Notes: a model not told the origin generated them from the letters alone. DNA of 64,000 bases from Octopus sinensis (GCF_006345805.1 NC_043003.1:5952001-6016000), one strand, 5' to 3'; counted from the first letter of the stretch, positions 26,103 to 37,938 are shown. Numbers and translations are program-made.

Positions 26103-26560
26103 GCCATCGATTCCCAAGACATTTTCCCAGCAGAAAATGTTTTAATTCATATTACACAAAATTTAGAAATACATTATATCGATTTATTATTTTTTTCTTA
26201 ATATCCTTCATAAGCTTGGAGCGGAGTGGGGGTGGGGGTGTTGTACATTTGAAATTCTTACCAAATTAAGGAAATCTGAGATGGATGTATTTAGGATTGT
26301 AAAAATTGTCTTCGATATATGAGAATGATGTCTTGGAACGATATTCATCGTTTTAGTATTTTAATGTCTATTTCTTTCCGAAAGGCTGGCAGAAAAACCG
26401 AAATTGCAATTATCAGCTTGCATCAAAGATCCTTTTAGCTGTGCGCTATTTTCAGACAAATCGTGCATTTTGGAGATATCGTGTTAACGGGATCCGTGGA
26501 AAATAGATTCCTCAACGATCTCTTGGAAAAATTAAATATTAAGAAATATTAAGATATCTG

Positions 26561-26656
<96 letters not shown>

Positions 26657-27105
26657 CATATATACACAAATAAATGCGTTTGTATGCTCATATCCTCCAG
26701 AATATACAGAAAAATCAATAGAATTATATATATATATGTGCATACACAAACGTATATATATATCTGAGTATGTATATATCCAACAATACATATAACATAT
26801 TATACACATATGTATATATATATATATATAATGCATATATAGCGTAGGAATATATGCTTACGTATGTCGTATATCTGTATGCATGTAAATGTTATATATA
26901 TATATATATATATATATAACATTTACATGCATACATATATATATGTCCATTCGCGCATATTTATAAATAGGTTGATCACTTCTAACATAGATATACTCAC
27001 ACATACATATATATATATATATATATACGTAAACTTATATATATATATATATATATATAAGTTTACGTATATATACATATATTATATATATATATGTATA
27101 TATCA

Positions 27106-27141
<36 letters not shown>

Positions 27142-27782
27142 TGAACGGTGTACCCGCTGTTACATTATGCGAATTATTTTCGAAGTAGAGTTGGAGAATG
27201 TACATTGTCATTCCCTCGCTAAAATCTAATGCCTTGTAAAAAGATAAAGAGTTTTTCTCTCGTAACCATTTGCAACTAGGAAATGTCTTAATTATTATGA
27301 CCATTTCTTCAGATTCAGAAAATGAGCCGTCTCAGATTTCATTTCCTTTCAGATAAACTAACAACAAATTGCTGAAAAACACCAGCTATAATCCACTCAT
27401 GTCATTACCTATGGTCTAAGATTGGGACGATATATTGAAGAATGGAGTTTCGTGTTGTTTTAAAGCAGTTCTGTTTGAAGTGGTCTGTTCAAAAAACAAC
27501 AGCTTTACATTCAGAGCTGGCGACTAGGGTGTCAATAGGTTATCACATTGATTAATTGAATTAATAGGCAACATCCTTAGAAACACAGCCTATCCTTTGT
27601 AAAAGATAAAATATGTTTGCCCGACATTATTGAGTCTGAACACAACTGGACACAAGTAGATCCTCTTTTTTTAAGCGTTTTACACTTACTCGGGCTTAGA
27701 TTTACTCTAATATCCAACAACAACGTCTACAATATTTCCCAGTTGTTTTCAGACGAGATTTAAAGAATGTTATTATGTTTTT

Positions 27783-27990
27783 AAGGTGGCCAGCTCGCCG
27801 AATCGCTAGCACATCGCACAAAATACTGAGTGGCATATCTTCCAGATGTGTACGTTCAGAGTTCAAATCTTGCTGAAGTTATCTTCGTCATGTTTCTTTT
27901 CCGAGTGGATAAAATAAAAATACCAATGAAGTGCCAGAATCGATGAAATCGATTTGGTCTCTGCCCATCAAAAGTGCAGGTTTTGAACCC
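27783..27990 (+). mobile_element. Old SINE-A-related copy
   Basis: AGGTGGCCAGCTCGCCGAATCGCTAGCAC...GTTCAGAGTTCAAATC head. Confidence 0.55.
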
Positions 27991-28679
27991 CGCAACGGAC
28001 CGGAGCACGAATCAGGAACAATGCTGTGTTGTGGGTCACTGATCCACATGGAAACCGAGTAATTGGTTTCCCTGATGGATTAGTAATTCCAATGTTCCAG
28101 AAAACCTAGTAATTCCAATGTTCCAGAAGAATAAAAGAGCATATTTTCCTCTCCAACAAAATAGATAACAATGACGCCTTATGGCTCCCCACCCCCTGCA
28201 GATGTAAAAGACTTAACAGATTGACCCCATAGTTTGAGGATGAAGACATCATTTGTCTCTTGTTTAAAACTATTTCCTTTTAGCTAGGTGTCATTACTAG
28301 AAGTTACTCTATCACCATCCTTCGTTCGTCTCACCATTCTCTAAGACACTGATGAATGTAATGGTTAATGTAACTAACTCTTAAAACGGCGTCGGCCCCA
28401 ACTGAAGCAACTCTTGTTCAAATCGAATACAATTCTGCTCATGCTTGGATTTTAGGACCACCTTTTTCATCAGTATACATATATTTCTTTTTAAGATTGT
28501 ACGGATTGTGAGTTGAGAAAACAGTGGCTATTGTTTTTAGCACAATGAACAACGATATAGAACACCTCTCTTCCAATTGAATTTGAAAATAATTAATTGA
28601 AGATAATTACTTATGGAAAATGATTTATTCTGTTTTAAGGTAAAATAATAGTTTCAAATTTTAACAAAAACCAAGCAAT

Positions 28680-29275
28680 TTCAGGGCAGGGAGGGGTTAG
28701 TCGATTGCATCAACCCCGGTGCGTGACTAATACTTATTTTATTGGCCCCAAAGTCAAAGCCGACCTCGGCGGAATTTATTTTAAGGTGAAATATTGACAT
28801 TAGAGAGAAATTCATAATTCAGTCTTAAAAATTGAATTGTTGACATCCTTTTTGTCTCCGGAGACAATGGAGTTGCGCATAAAATAATCTAGTCCGGCTT
28901 TTGCATTTCATGTCCTAATACATCTCCTGCTGTGGCTACGTATAGAGTAATGTAACGTTAGAGCAACATAAAGTTGGTGTTACGTAACAAATGCAACGTA
29001 ACGTTAGAGCAATTTACGTAGCGTTAGAGCAATTTACGTAACGTTAGATTAGTGTAATTCGGTTTAAAAATATTGACACGTGGCTATCATTTTCAGTGGA
29101 GTTGGGTAAAGTGATTACATCGGCCCCAGTGCTCAATCGATACTTATTTTATCAACCCTGAAAGGATGAAAAGCAACATGAACCCTGTCAGAATTTGAAC
29201 TCAGAACATAATGGCGGACGATATGTCGCGAAGCATTTTGATCTGTGTGCTAAAAGCTCTGCCAACTCAGCGCCT
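28680..29275 (-). mobile_element. Two old SINE-A-related fragments (~28680-28780 and ~29095-29275)
   Basis: GCCGACCTCGGCGGAATTT and GAAAGGATGAAAAGCAAC...GAATTTGAACTCAGAAC. Confidence 0.6.
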
Positions 29276-29940
29276 TCGTAGGGTAATATTGGGATCGAAT
29301 AACCGAAAACAGGGTTACTGCTGATTTTGTGTTTTCAGTCTTATGTATGAAATACAAAGTCGAAACTTAACTGAATTGTTAGAGAGAGGGGAGATTTTCT
29401 AAGGACACCTTCTTCCATGAGAAATATACTGTTCAGGAACAGTTAACCATCATAATGTAGCGAACAAAATTTCTTTTAATAAATTACACAATCATCCGAA
29501 GATTAGATCCGACAATAATCCCGGTAGAAAGGATTTAACTCAGAAAGTTGAATAAGAATAACTAATTAACCTTTTTATTAACCCTTTCATTAACCAGATA
29601 ACACTAATTGACGGTAGTTGAGAGTTTGACAGCTATCAGATCTATATTGTTATATACTTGAGCGTTAGCTGTCATTTGACGGGTAACTTTAGAAGTATAT
29701 TTTGCTACCTCAGGTAATATCTGGAATCTTGATAAATATACAATAATTATAATTTATTTTCTATGAAATTTCTTAAAGCTTAATATGTGCCCTCACCCTG
29801 CATCTCTTGCGTGAACTCTCCATATTTGTCCTTTAATCCACCCACACCCGCTTACTTTCTCTGTACAATGTTAAGCACGACTGGAAAATCAACCAATCAA
29901 CTTTTATCGGATCCTATTATATAAACTCTCTCTCTCTCTC

Positions 29941-30158
29941 TGTCTTTTACTCTTTTACTTGTTTCAGTCATTTGACTGCGGCCATGCTGGAGCACTGCCT
30001 TTAGTCGAGCAACTCGACCCCGGAACATATTCTTTTGTAAGGCCAGTACTTATTCTATCGGTCTCTTTTGCCGAACCGCTTAGTAACGGGGACATAAACA
30101 CACCAGCATCGGTTGTCAAGCAATGCTAGGGACAAAACAGACACACAAACCACACACA

Positions 30159-30165
<7 letters not shown>
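29941..30165 (-). mobile_element. SINE-C 3' half (left half of a split element)
   Basis: Reverse complement of 45640-45850; tail (GAGTAAAA)n. Confidence 0.9.
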
Positions 30166-30244
<79 letters not shown>

Positions 30245-30245
30245 A

Positions 30246-30340
30246 TATATTGTATAGAGGGCATTATTACACATAAATGCCTCACACTAGGAGGGACAAA
30301 GTCATTACTACCAAAATTATACTAATCATACCCAAATGCA
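30246..30340 (-). repeat. Inverted partial unit at the 5' junction of the hammerhead array
   Basis: Reverse complement of the unit segment TGCATTTGGG...CCCTCTATACAATATA (e.g. ~30970-31063). Confidence 0.92.
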
Positions 30341-30408
30341 GGAGTGAGCAGTTGTCTGTTCGTCTTCGCTACGTAAGGTGGTAGTTTATTTATGATGTGT
30401 TCAGAATC

Positions 30409-30464
30409 AGTTCTGCTGACGATCATAGACGTAAGTGAATGTGAAATCACGGTGATACAGAACT
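30409..30464 (+). ncRNA. Type I hammerhead ribozyme, unit 1 (two 1-nt deletions in stem II)
   Basis: AGTTCTG-CTGACGA-...-GAAA-TCAC-G-GTGA-TA-CAGAACT; predicted cleavage after 30457. Confidence 0.7.
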
Positions 30465-30877
30465 AAATTCATTTTTTAAATGTCTTGCTTTGAAAAACTG
30501 CTTTGGGTATGATTAGTATAATTTTGGTAGTAATGACTTTGTCCCTCCTAGTGTGAGGCATTTATGTGTAATAATGCCCTCTAACAATAGATATAATTAA
30601 TTTGTTCAAAAGAAAAGAATTATTTTCGAATCTTTTCTTTTATGAGGTTTTCACGCTAGCTACCCGATAATTTCTTGTTAAGATCCTTATTAAGAGATTA
30701 TCCTTAATTGTTAAACTTATTCCGAAATACTTTTATTACCCGACATGCAGTTCGTAAAAAGCCCGCCATTTACAGGATATATGATTTATAAACATTCATG
30801 TGCTTGGCCGGAGTGAGCAGTTGTCTGTTCGTCTTCGCTACGTAAGGTTGGTAGTTTATTATGATGTGTTCAGAATC

Positions 30878-30935
30878 AGTTCTGCTGACGATCATTAGAC
30901 GTAAGTTGAATGTGAAATCACGGTGATACAGAACT
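30878..30935 (+). ncRNA. Type I hammerhead ribozyme, unit 2
   Basis: 7-bp stem I, intact CUGACGA/GAAA core, stem II CAUU/AAUG capped by GAC-GUAA-GUU, AUA triplet; cleavage after 30928. Confidence 0.8.
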
Positions 30936-31353
30936 AAATTCATTTTTTAAATGTCTTGCTTTGAAAAACTGCATTTGGGTATGATTAGTATAATTTTGGT
31001 AGTAATGACTTTGTCCCTCCTAGTGTGAGGCATTTATGTGTAATAATGCCCTCTATACAATATAGATATAATTAATTTGTTCAAAAGAAAAGAATTATTT
31101 TCGAATTCTTTTCTTTTATGAGGTTTTCACGCTAGCTACCCGATAATTTCTTGTTAAGATCCTTATTAAGAGATTATCTTAATTTAAACTTATTCCGAAA
31201 TACTTTTCATTACCCGACATGCAGTTCGTAAAAAGCCCGCCATTTACCGGATATATGATTTATAAACATTCCATGTGCTTGGCCGGAGTGAGCAGTTGTC
31301 TGTTCGTCTTCGCTACGTAAGGTTGGTAGTTTATTTATGATGTGTTCAGAATC

Positions 31354-31411
31354 AGTTCTGCTGACGATCATTAGACGTAAGTTGAATGTGAAATCACGGT
31401 GATACAGAACT
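31354..31411 (+). ncRNA. Type I hammerhead ribozyme, unit 3
   Basis: Identical to unit 2; cleavage after 31404. Confidence 0.8.
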
Positions 31412-31819
31412 AAATTATTTTTTAAATGTCTTGCTTTGAAAAACTGCATTTGGGTATGATTAGTATAATTTTGGTAGTAATGACTTTGTCCCTCCTAGTG
31501 TGAGGCATTTATGGTAATAATGCCCTCTATACAATATAGATAATTAATTTGTTCAAAAGAAAAGAATTATTTTCGATTCTTTCTTTTATGAGGTTTTCAC
31601 GCTAGCTACCCGATAATTCTTGTTAAGATCCCTTATTAGAGATTATCCTTAATTGTAAACTTATTCCGAAATACTTTTCATTACCCGACATGCAGTTCGT
31701 AAAAAGCCCGCCATTTACGGATATATGATTATAAACATTCATGCTTGGCCGGAGTGAGCAGTTGTCTGTTCGTCTTCGCTACGTAAGGTTGGTAGTTTAT
31801 TTATGATGTGTTCAGAATC

Positions 31820-31877
31820 AGTTCTGCTGACGATCATTAGACGTAAGTTGAATGTGAAATCACGGTGATACAGAACT
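31820..31877 (+). ncRNA. Type I hammerhead ribozyme, unit 4
   Basis: Identical to unit 2; cleavage after 31870. Confidence 0.8.
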
Positions 31878-32131
31878 AAATTCATTTTTTAAATGTCTTG
31901 CTTTGAAAAACTGCATTTGGGTATGATTAGTATAATTTTGGTAGTAATGACTTTGTCCCTCCTAGTGTGAGGCATTATGTGTAATAATGCCCTCTATACA
32001 ATATAGATATAATAATTTGTTCAAAAGAAAAGAATTATTTTCGAATTCTTTTCTTTTATGAGGTTTTCACGCTAGCTACCGATAATTTCTTGTTAAGATC
32101 CCTTATTAAGAGATTATCCTTAATTGTTAAA

Positions 32132-32177
<46 letters not shown>

Positions 32178-32202
32178 TATATATATATATAATATATTAC
32201 AT

Positions 32203-32387
32203 ATATACGATGAGCTTCTTTCAGTTTCCGATTACCAAATCCACTCACAAGGCTTTGGTCGGCCCGAGGCTATAGTAGAAGACACTTGCCCAAGGTGCCA
32301 CGCAGTGGGTCTGAACCTGGAACCATGTGGTTGGTAGACAAGCTACTTACCACACAGCCACTCCTGTTGTTTTAATGGTCAAAACAT
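32203..32387 (-). mobile_element. SINE-C 5' half (right half of the split element)
   Basis: Reverse complement of 45410-45572: tRNA-like head plus CORE-like TTGGGCAAGTGTCTTC. Confidence 0.9.
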
Positions 32388-32934
32388 TTATATCTGAGAT
32401 TGGCCTCCACAGGAAACATGTTCGTTGGCTGTTCCATAGCTTCCTTGTGGCGTGGTCAGCTACGTGGCTCCTTGATCGCCTCACTTCATACCAGCTTGGA
32501 CAAATGATTTAATCGATGGTATCGGTGGTGTTTTTCAGCGAAGAGTGTAAACAGCAGCTATAAAAACGAAAAACTGGTGAATCGTGTGGTTTCTGTAAAG
32601 CTTTGCGCTAAACGAAATACTTTGGTAGAAAACCCAGGATCGATTAATTGTTACCATTCATTTTGTCTGTTGCTAATAAATACTTTATAATTAAATATAT
32701 TTGCGGGATGGATGTGTTGGTAGTGTTTAGGAGAAAATAACTTGCATCATTCTGATATTCCCAGTAAGTAGCAGTAATGTAACAGGGTCCATATAATTCT
32801 AATTCTCTCATTTAGGTGCAACCTTTCGCCTATATGTGCACATCGTGTTACAATTAAAGAAGCGATAATTTTTGTTTAGTGTTGGCTGCTTAGTCCTATT
32901 TCAACTATGATTCGACTGTGGCCACAGACTTTCC

Positions 32935-33240
32935 ATGTTTGTTTTGTTTGCTCCTTCTCGAGTCATGCCTGGCTCATAAGGGCCGGTTTCCTTGGCGTAT
33001 AAGGTTCCCCACCTGGACGGGACGCCGGTCCGTTGCAGGTGAGCTGCAAGATGCAGGAGGAAAGAGTGAGAGAAAGTTGTGGCGAAAAGGTCAGCAGAAT
33101 TTCACCATTACTTTCTGCCGGAGCCGCGTGGAGCTTAGGTGTTTCGCTCATAAACACACACATCGCTCGGTCTGAGATTCGAACCCGAGATCCCTCGACC
33201 GCTAGTCCACTGCTCTAACCACTAGGCCATGTGCCTCCAC
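32935..33240 (-). mobile_element. SINE-B full length, tail type 2
   Basis: Same head and centre as 12737; tail CTGCAACGGACCGGCGTCCCGTCCAGG...GAAACCGGCCC shared with SINE-D. Confidence 0.8.
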
Positions 33241-35117
33241 ACAGGCTTTCCATCCTTGACCACATCTTTCTACGAGTGTATGCGGCACTACTTTATTAAA
33301 TCTGTCCTTTTTTTTTTTTAGCTGAGGCGGTAGGGTGAAGGATTTGATGACCATTTTTAGCAAGCTGTGTGACCACGTGGTTACATTTTCCCTGGTTTCA
33401 ATATACTTAGTTATTTCCGTTCTTTTTACTTTCCTAATCATGGAACTACCAACTGGAACTTAACCATTTTTGTTCCCTCTAAGCTGGGTCCATCACAAGT
33501 TTAACACACGAAATTAAACTTCATCGCTCCGCCTTTGACGATTAATATTCCTAACGTGAAATATCAACATTTCAGTGTAAGGTAAATATTTGATCAGTTT
33601 CTGCTTCAGCATTCTCCATATATCTTTTGGTATTGTTGTCGTTGATAACATCGAAATATATCAATGTACAAATGTTTCGTAAAATTTCAGACAAATAAAC
33701 AAACAACCCGATAAGTGATAAAATATTTACCGAAGATTTGTCGTGTGCCATAAATTGTAAAAGACACCTAAGTGAATATCATAAATACATCATTGGAACA
33801 CTCGTAAATAAATAATCACATTTTAAAGCTGCTCTCAATTTCCCTCTCAATCAATCTTCTCTACTGCAGCTGATTATTTCTTCTATTCCTATATTTCTTT
33901 CTGTAACTTTTTTTTATCACCTTCCTGCCTCGGCACTCCAATAATTAGAGTTTACCTGTCCGACGAAATATTTGGTACACTCGTAACAACGGTCTCATTT
34001 CGAAAACTGGCGGGAGGGACCAAATGCAAGGTGAAAAAGATGCGCGTGAAGAATATACAAATTGTTTGGTGCGTATATATTACTGGTATTTATTTTACTA
34101 AACTAATGAAGACTGAAAGGTGCAGTCGTTATAGTCTCTGTTAGAACGTAGAAGACCACACCATCGCATGTTTGCTAGTGTTGAAAGACATCTGTGAAAC
34201 AGGTAACGAAGGTAAACGGATTTATTTCATAGAGTTACTCGTGAATGGCGTCGTCTGTTCCACATTCTCAACACTGTGTTTTTACAGAAAGGAAATTGCA
34301 GTCAACTTGGTAGTAGAATTCAGTATTTGGCTTAAATTTCAGCTTGGTTTTAAGTATCGAATCTATTACTACCCGATGGGTTAGCTTCAAAAAGCCTGCT
34401 GTTCAAAATTCATGAGGTGAAACTTGTTTGGAAACTTATAGTTTATATTTCTTTTCACGGAGGTTTATCAATGAGGTTTCCTCGCGACAAGTTTAAAATA
34501 GAGTAGAAAAGAGTTTTCCTCATTAATGGCTGTTGTACGTCTTGTATTCTATAAAAAGGTTGATTCTATATTCTATAAGGTTGCCTCTCTGTCTTTAACA
34601 ATAAAATCTATTTGGAAAGTGGTGTGGCATTACATTCCCTTCTCAGCAAGGTCTATTTAATTATTATTTTGATGAGTTTAATTTCAGTACAAGGTCTTCT
34701 ATGCTTCCAAGAATTTATGCGAATATATTCAAGACTGAATTCTTCATTGTTACCATTGACTAGATTCTAGTCAAAGCCATTATTTAACCTGAAATGCCCA
34801 AATTTGTAAGCGGAAAACCAACATTGCTGTATTGATGAATGCTTTCTGAAAATAAAGAGAATGTGAACCACAAGGGAAACAGCAATCTATCTTTGAAACC
34901 AGCGCCTGTTCTAGTATTACTCTTATAATGAAACAAATTAAGGTTTCCCCGCCAGAGAATAAGATTTGCAATAAGTACTCTCTTTAAATAAGCTTTTCCG
35001 TATTGATGAGTGATGACTGGGATTTATAGAATCATTCTGCAATTCCTCATTAACTTTACTCTCTAAGTTCAGTATTTATCTCTTTATAGTTATACCTAAG
35101 ATATTAATTACAAATAC

Positions 35118-35300
35118 TGGCACAAGGACAGCAATTTCGGAGAAGGTGTTATGTCGATTACATAATCCCCAGTATTCAACTGGTACTTATTTTATCAACC
35201 TCGAGACTATGAAACCAAAGCCGACCTCGGCGGAATTTGAGCGCAGAACAAAGCTGGACAAAAGACAACTAAGCATTTTGGCCTGCGTGATAACGATTAG
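35118..35300 (-). mobile_element. Old SINE-A-related copy
   Basis: GTCGATTACAT..CCCCAGTATTCAACTGGTACTTATTTTATC...GCCGACCTCGGCGGAATTTGA. Confidence 0.65.
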
Positions 35301-35394
35301 ATAATATGTAATTAAATTTTTATCTCTTACTCTGATCATGGTATCTAACTCTTTAACTATGCACGTTGACTCATTCCTAACAGGAACAATTCTA

Positions 35395-36440
35395 CAGCGT
35401 GGGGCAGAGAGGGCGGACGTTTTTGAAATGGCTATTACTCAGCCCCAGTGGGAGGCACATATGCCCGACGGGTACCATTCGGTCCGTGGTGTCTTAGCAT
35501 TTGTTTTTCTTTTCAGATGAAGCCAGGGTGCTGTGGACGAGGGGCCATTACGTGAAGAATAACAAATCTGTCACAGCAGTTCAGCGTGATGAATTTCGGC
35601 GCCACTTCAACATTCACCGAATCAGGCAGTTCCCACCCGTAACACGATCTTACGTTGGCTGAATGCACTTCGTATACGAGGTACACTAATGAATAGGAGA
35701 TGGGTACAGACCTCGGAAAACGGTACGGACATGAGAGGCATTCCCCTGAAATTGGCATCGGTAATCAATCGGTACGGTGTATTTTACATGAAGACCAGCA
35801 ATTCCACCCGTACAAATTGGTCACTAGGCAACAATTGTAACTATAAGATTATGCACGGCAGCTTAACTTCGCACGTCAGATGGAAGCAATTCTTTAGGCA
35901 AATGACAACCTCATTTTGTTAATGAGTGATGAAGCTCATTTTCATCTCAATGGCATGGTGCATCAACAGAACTGTCGTTATTGGGCTCTTGAAATGAGGC
36001 AACGGCCCACACAGCCAGAGCATCAATGGACGTTCTTCTCCCTCTCTTCGATGACCTCCTCATTTCCAGGTTTAATGACATTCCTTAGGTCTCGGTCCAC
36101 TGATTTCTCCATGTGTGATTATTTCTTGTGGGTAAACCTTAAAGCAAGTGTGTATGCGCATAAGCAGCGTACATTGTACGATTTGAAGGAAGCTATTTGC
36201 GTGGAAGTCGCCCAAATCAACAAAGCAATGGTGGAGAGAGTGGAGACCAACTTCCAAGAAGGACTTCAGAAATGCTTCAATGAAAACGGACACCACATGA
36301 TGGATGTTGCTTTCCATACTTCATTTTGGCAAATGCCAATTCAATACAAACACATTGTTGTGTCAATAAAATTTGTTTGCAACTAAAATTAATGATTTTG
36401 TGAATTTTTCAAAACCGTCCGTCCTCTCTGTCCCACCCTG
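35395..36440 (+). mobile_element. Tc1/mariner rosa-like element with internal deletion
   Basis: 34-bp TIRs (4 mismatches), TA on both sides; MSDEAHFHLNGMVHQQNCRYW and RSTDFSMCDYFLWVNLKASVY; the QQDGA segment is missing. Confidence 0.88.
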
Positions 36441-36883
36441 TACGAGTAGTCCATTCACGATTAGTCCATCATCGCAATAAGCACACAAGTAAGAAACCCG
36501 AATCATACAATATGCTATTAGTGCACATCTGCTCTGTCGCACAATGATTTGGTTACACGAACCATTTACCTTTTTCTTTAAACAGCAAACATCTCATTGG
36601 ATGTGTAGTGACTGGAATAAATAACCAATGAACTTCCAAGCCCTTCCGAAGACGGTGCTTAGGAATATCTGGATACATCTCTTCTCTACCGAAATACAAG
36701 AATTTAAAATGCTCCTTATAAATATTAGTGGTCCCTTTGTTGTTAGACAAACCAATCCTCCATAGCGTTATACATCATGCTACCTCTTTTTTTCCTACCA
36801 TTATTGTTCAGTATTTTCGATTAATCTAATCCTCTTTAACTGTAATTAGGGTGTATATGGTGAGTCTAGTTTATCAAACCATT

Positions 36884-37045
36884 TTCTTACTCTTTACTCA
36901 TTTACTTGTTTCAGTCATTTGACTTCGGCCATGCTGGAGCACCATCTTTAATCGAGCAAATCGACCCCAGGACGTACTCTATGTAAGCCTAGTGCTTATT
37001 CTATCGATCTCCTTTGCCGAACCGCTAAGTTACGGGTACGCAAAT
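36884..37045 (-). mobile_element. SINE-C 3' fragment
   Basis: Matches tail region of 45406-45850 in reverse. Confidence 0.8.
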
Positions 37046-37930
37046 TTAAGAGCCTGGGCCCGCCATCCCCCAGTCCCCGTCGGATGGTATCTTCAATCCA
37101 ATCCGCTTCGGTGCCTGGGGGCAACCCACATACCCAGGCTCGTATTAATTTTCCCCCACAATATGACGGAAGGAACAGAATTTCCTTGCCTTCCAAAGGC
37201 TGACTCGCAAACTGGCGAGCCTTTTCCCCGTTGTCAAACAGCAACCATACGGTTGCATGTTTGACACCACAGGATATATATTTTAAAGAGGACAAATATT
37301 CTCTAAGTTCATTTTTTATGACTTGTTTGGGGAAGACGGTGATGGAATTAAGAACTTTGGAATAAGTTCTAAGTACCATCGTCTTCTCCTCCATATCTTT
37401 TAACCATTGCTTAGGCGTGTTAATTTCCCACTCTAAGACAGAGTTTTTCTTTTTAAGTTCCTTCTCTGCCATGTCAAAAAACAGTTCAACAGACAGTCTG
37501 CCAAAAAATTAAACCGAATAAAAAATAAAACAAAATAAAAGAGGAGTGGAGGAAACTGAAATTAAAGTAATGAAAAAAAATTAACCACAATTTAGAAAGA
37601 AAGAAAAAATAGAAGGGAAAAGTAAAAGAAAAACCTCACAAATAGCACAGACAGGGAATCCTTTGTATAATACTCCAAAAGGGTAATCCAAAAAGGTAAT
37701 CCAAATTGTACTTTTTTCTGGCGAAATACGCCCACTACAATTTACAAAAAGAATTTTCAAGCAAAAATTCTCAATTCACCGTTACGGTAATGAGAACCCA
37801 GTATTTTGCTCGCTATACCGAGCCATAATTGACAATTTTTCTTTTTGTTCTTTTTTTTTCAATTCATGGAGCCGAAACTCACATCTTCTCACTGTAACAG
37901 TCCAGACCAACTAGTGTTGCTTTCTGGGTA
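37046..37930 (-). mobile_element. Probable 5' UTR plus N-terminal ORF1 of an L1/Tx1-like LINE, 3' part lost
   Basis: Uninterrupted ~142-codon frame from ATG 37472 with FLPSYCGGKLIRAWVCGLPPGTEADWI, resembling RRM-type LINE ORF1; family assignment by eye. Confidence 0.45.
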
Positions 37931-37938
37931 ACTGGAAG

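Larger units (their letters stand above)
30341..32134 (+). repeat. Tandem array of 3.8 x ~470-bp hammerhead-containing units (retrozyme-like)
   Basis: Unit starts GGAGTGAGCAGTTGTC at 30341, 30810, 31285 and 31751; units differ almost only by 1-nt indels. Confidence 0.95.

Noticed and set aside
24945-26117. Long RE-rich, LS-rich and poly-Asp/poly-Met ORFs
   Set aside because: Open only because (CT)n and (CAT)n lack stops; no splice signals or non-repetitive coding context.
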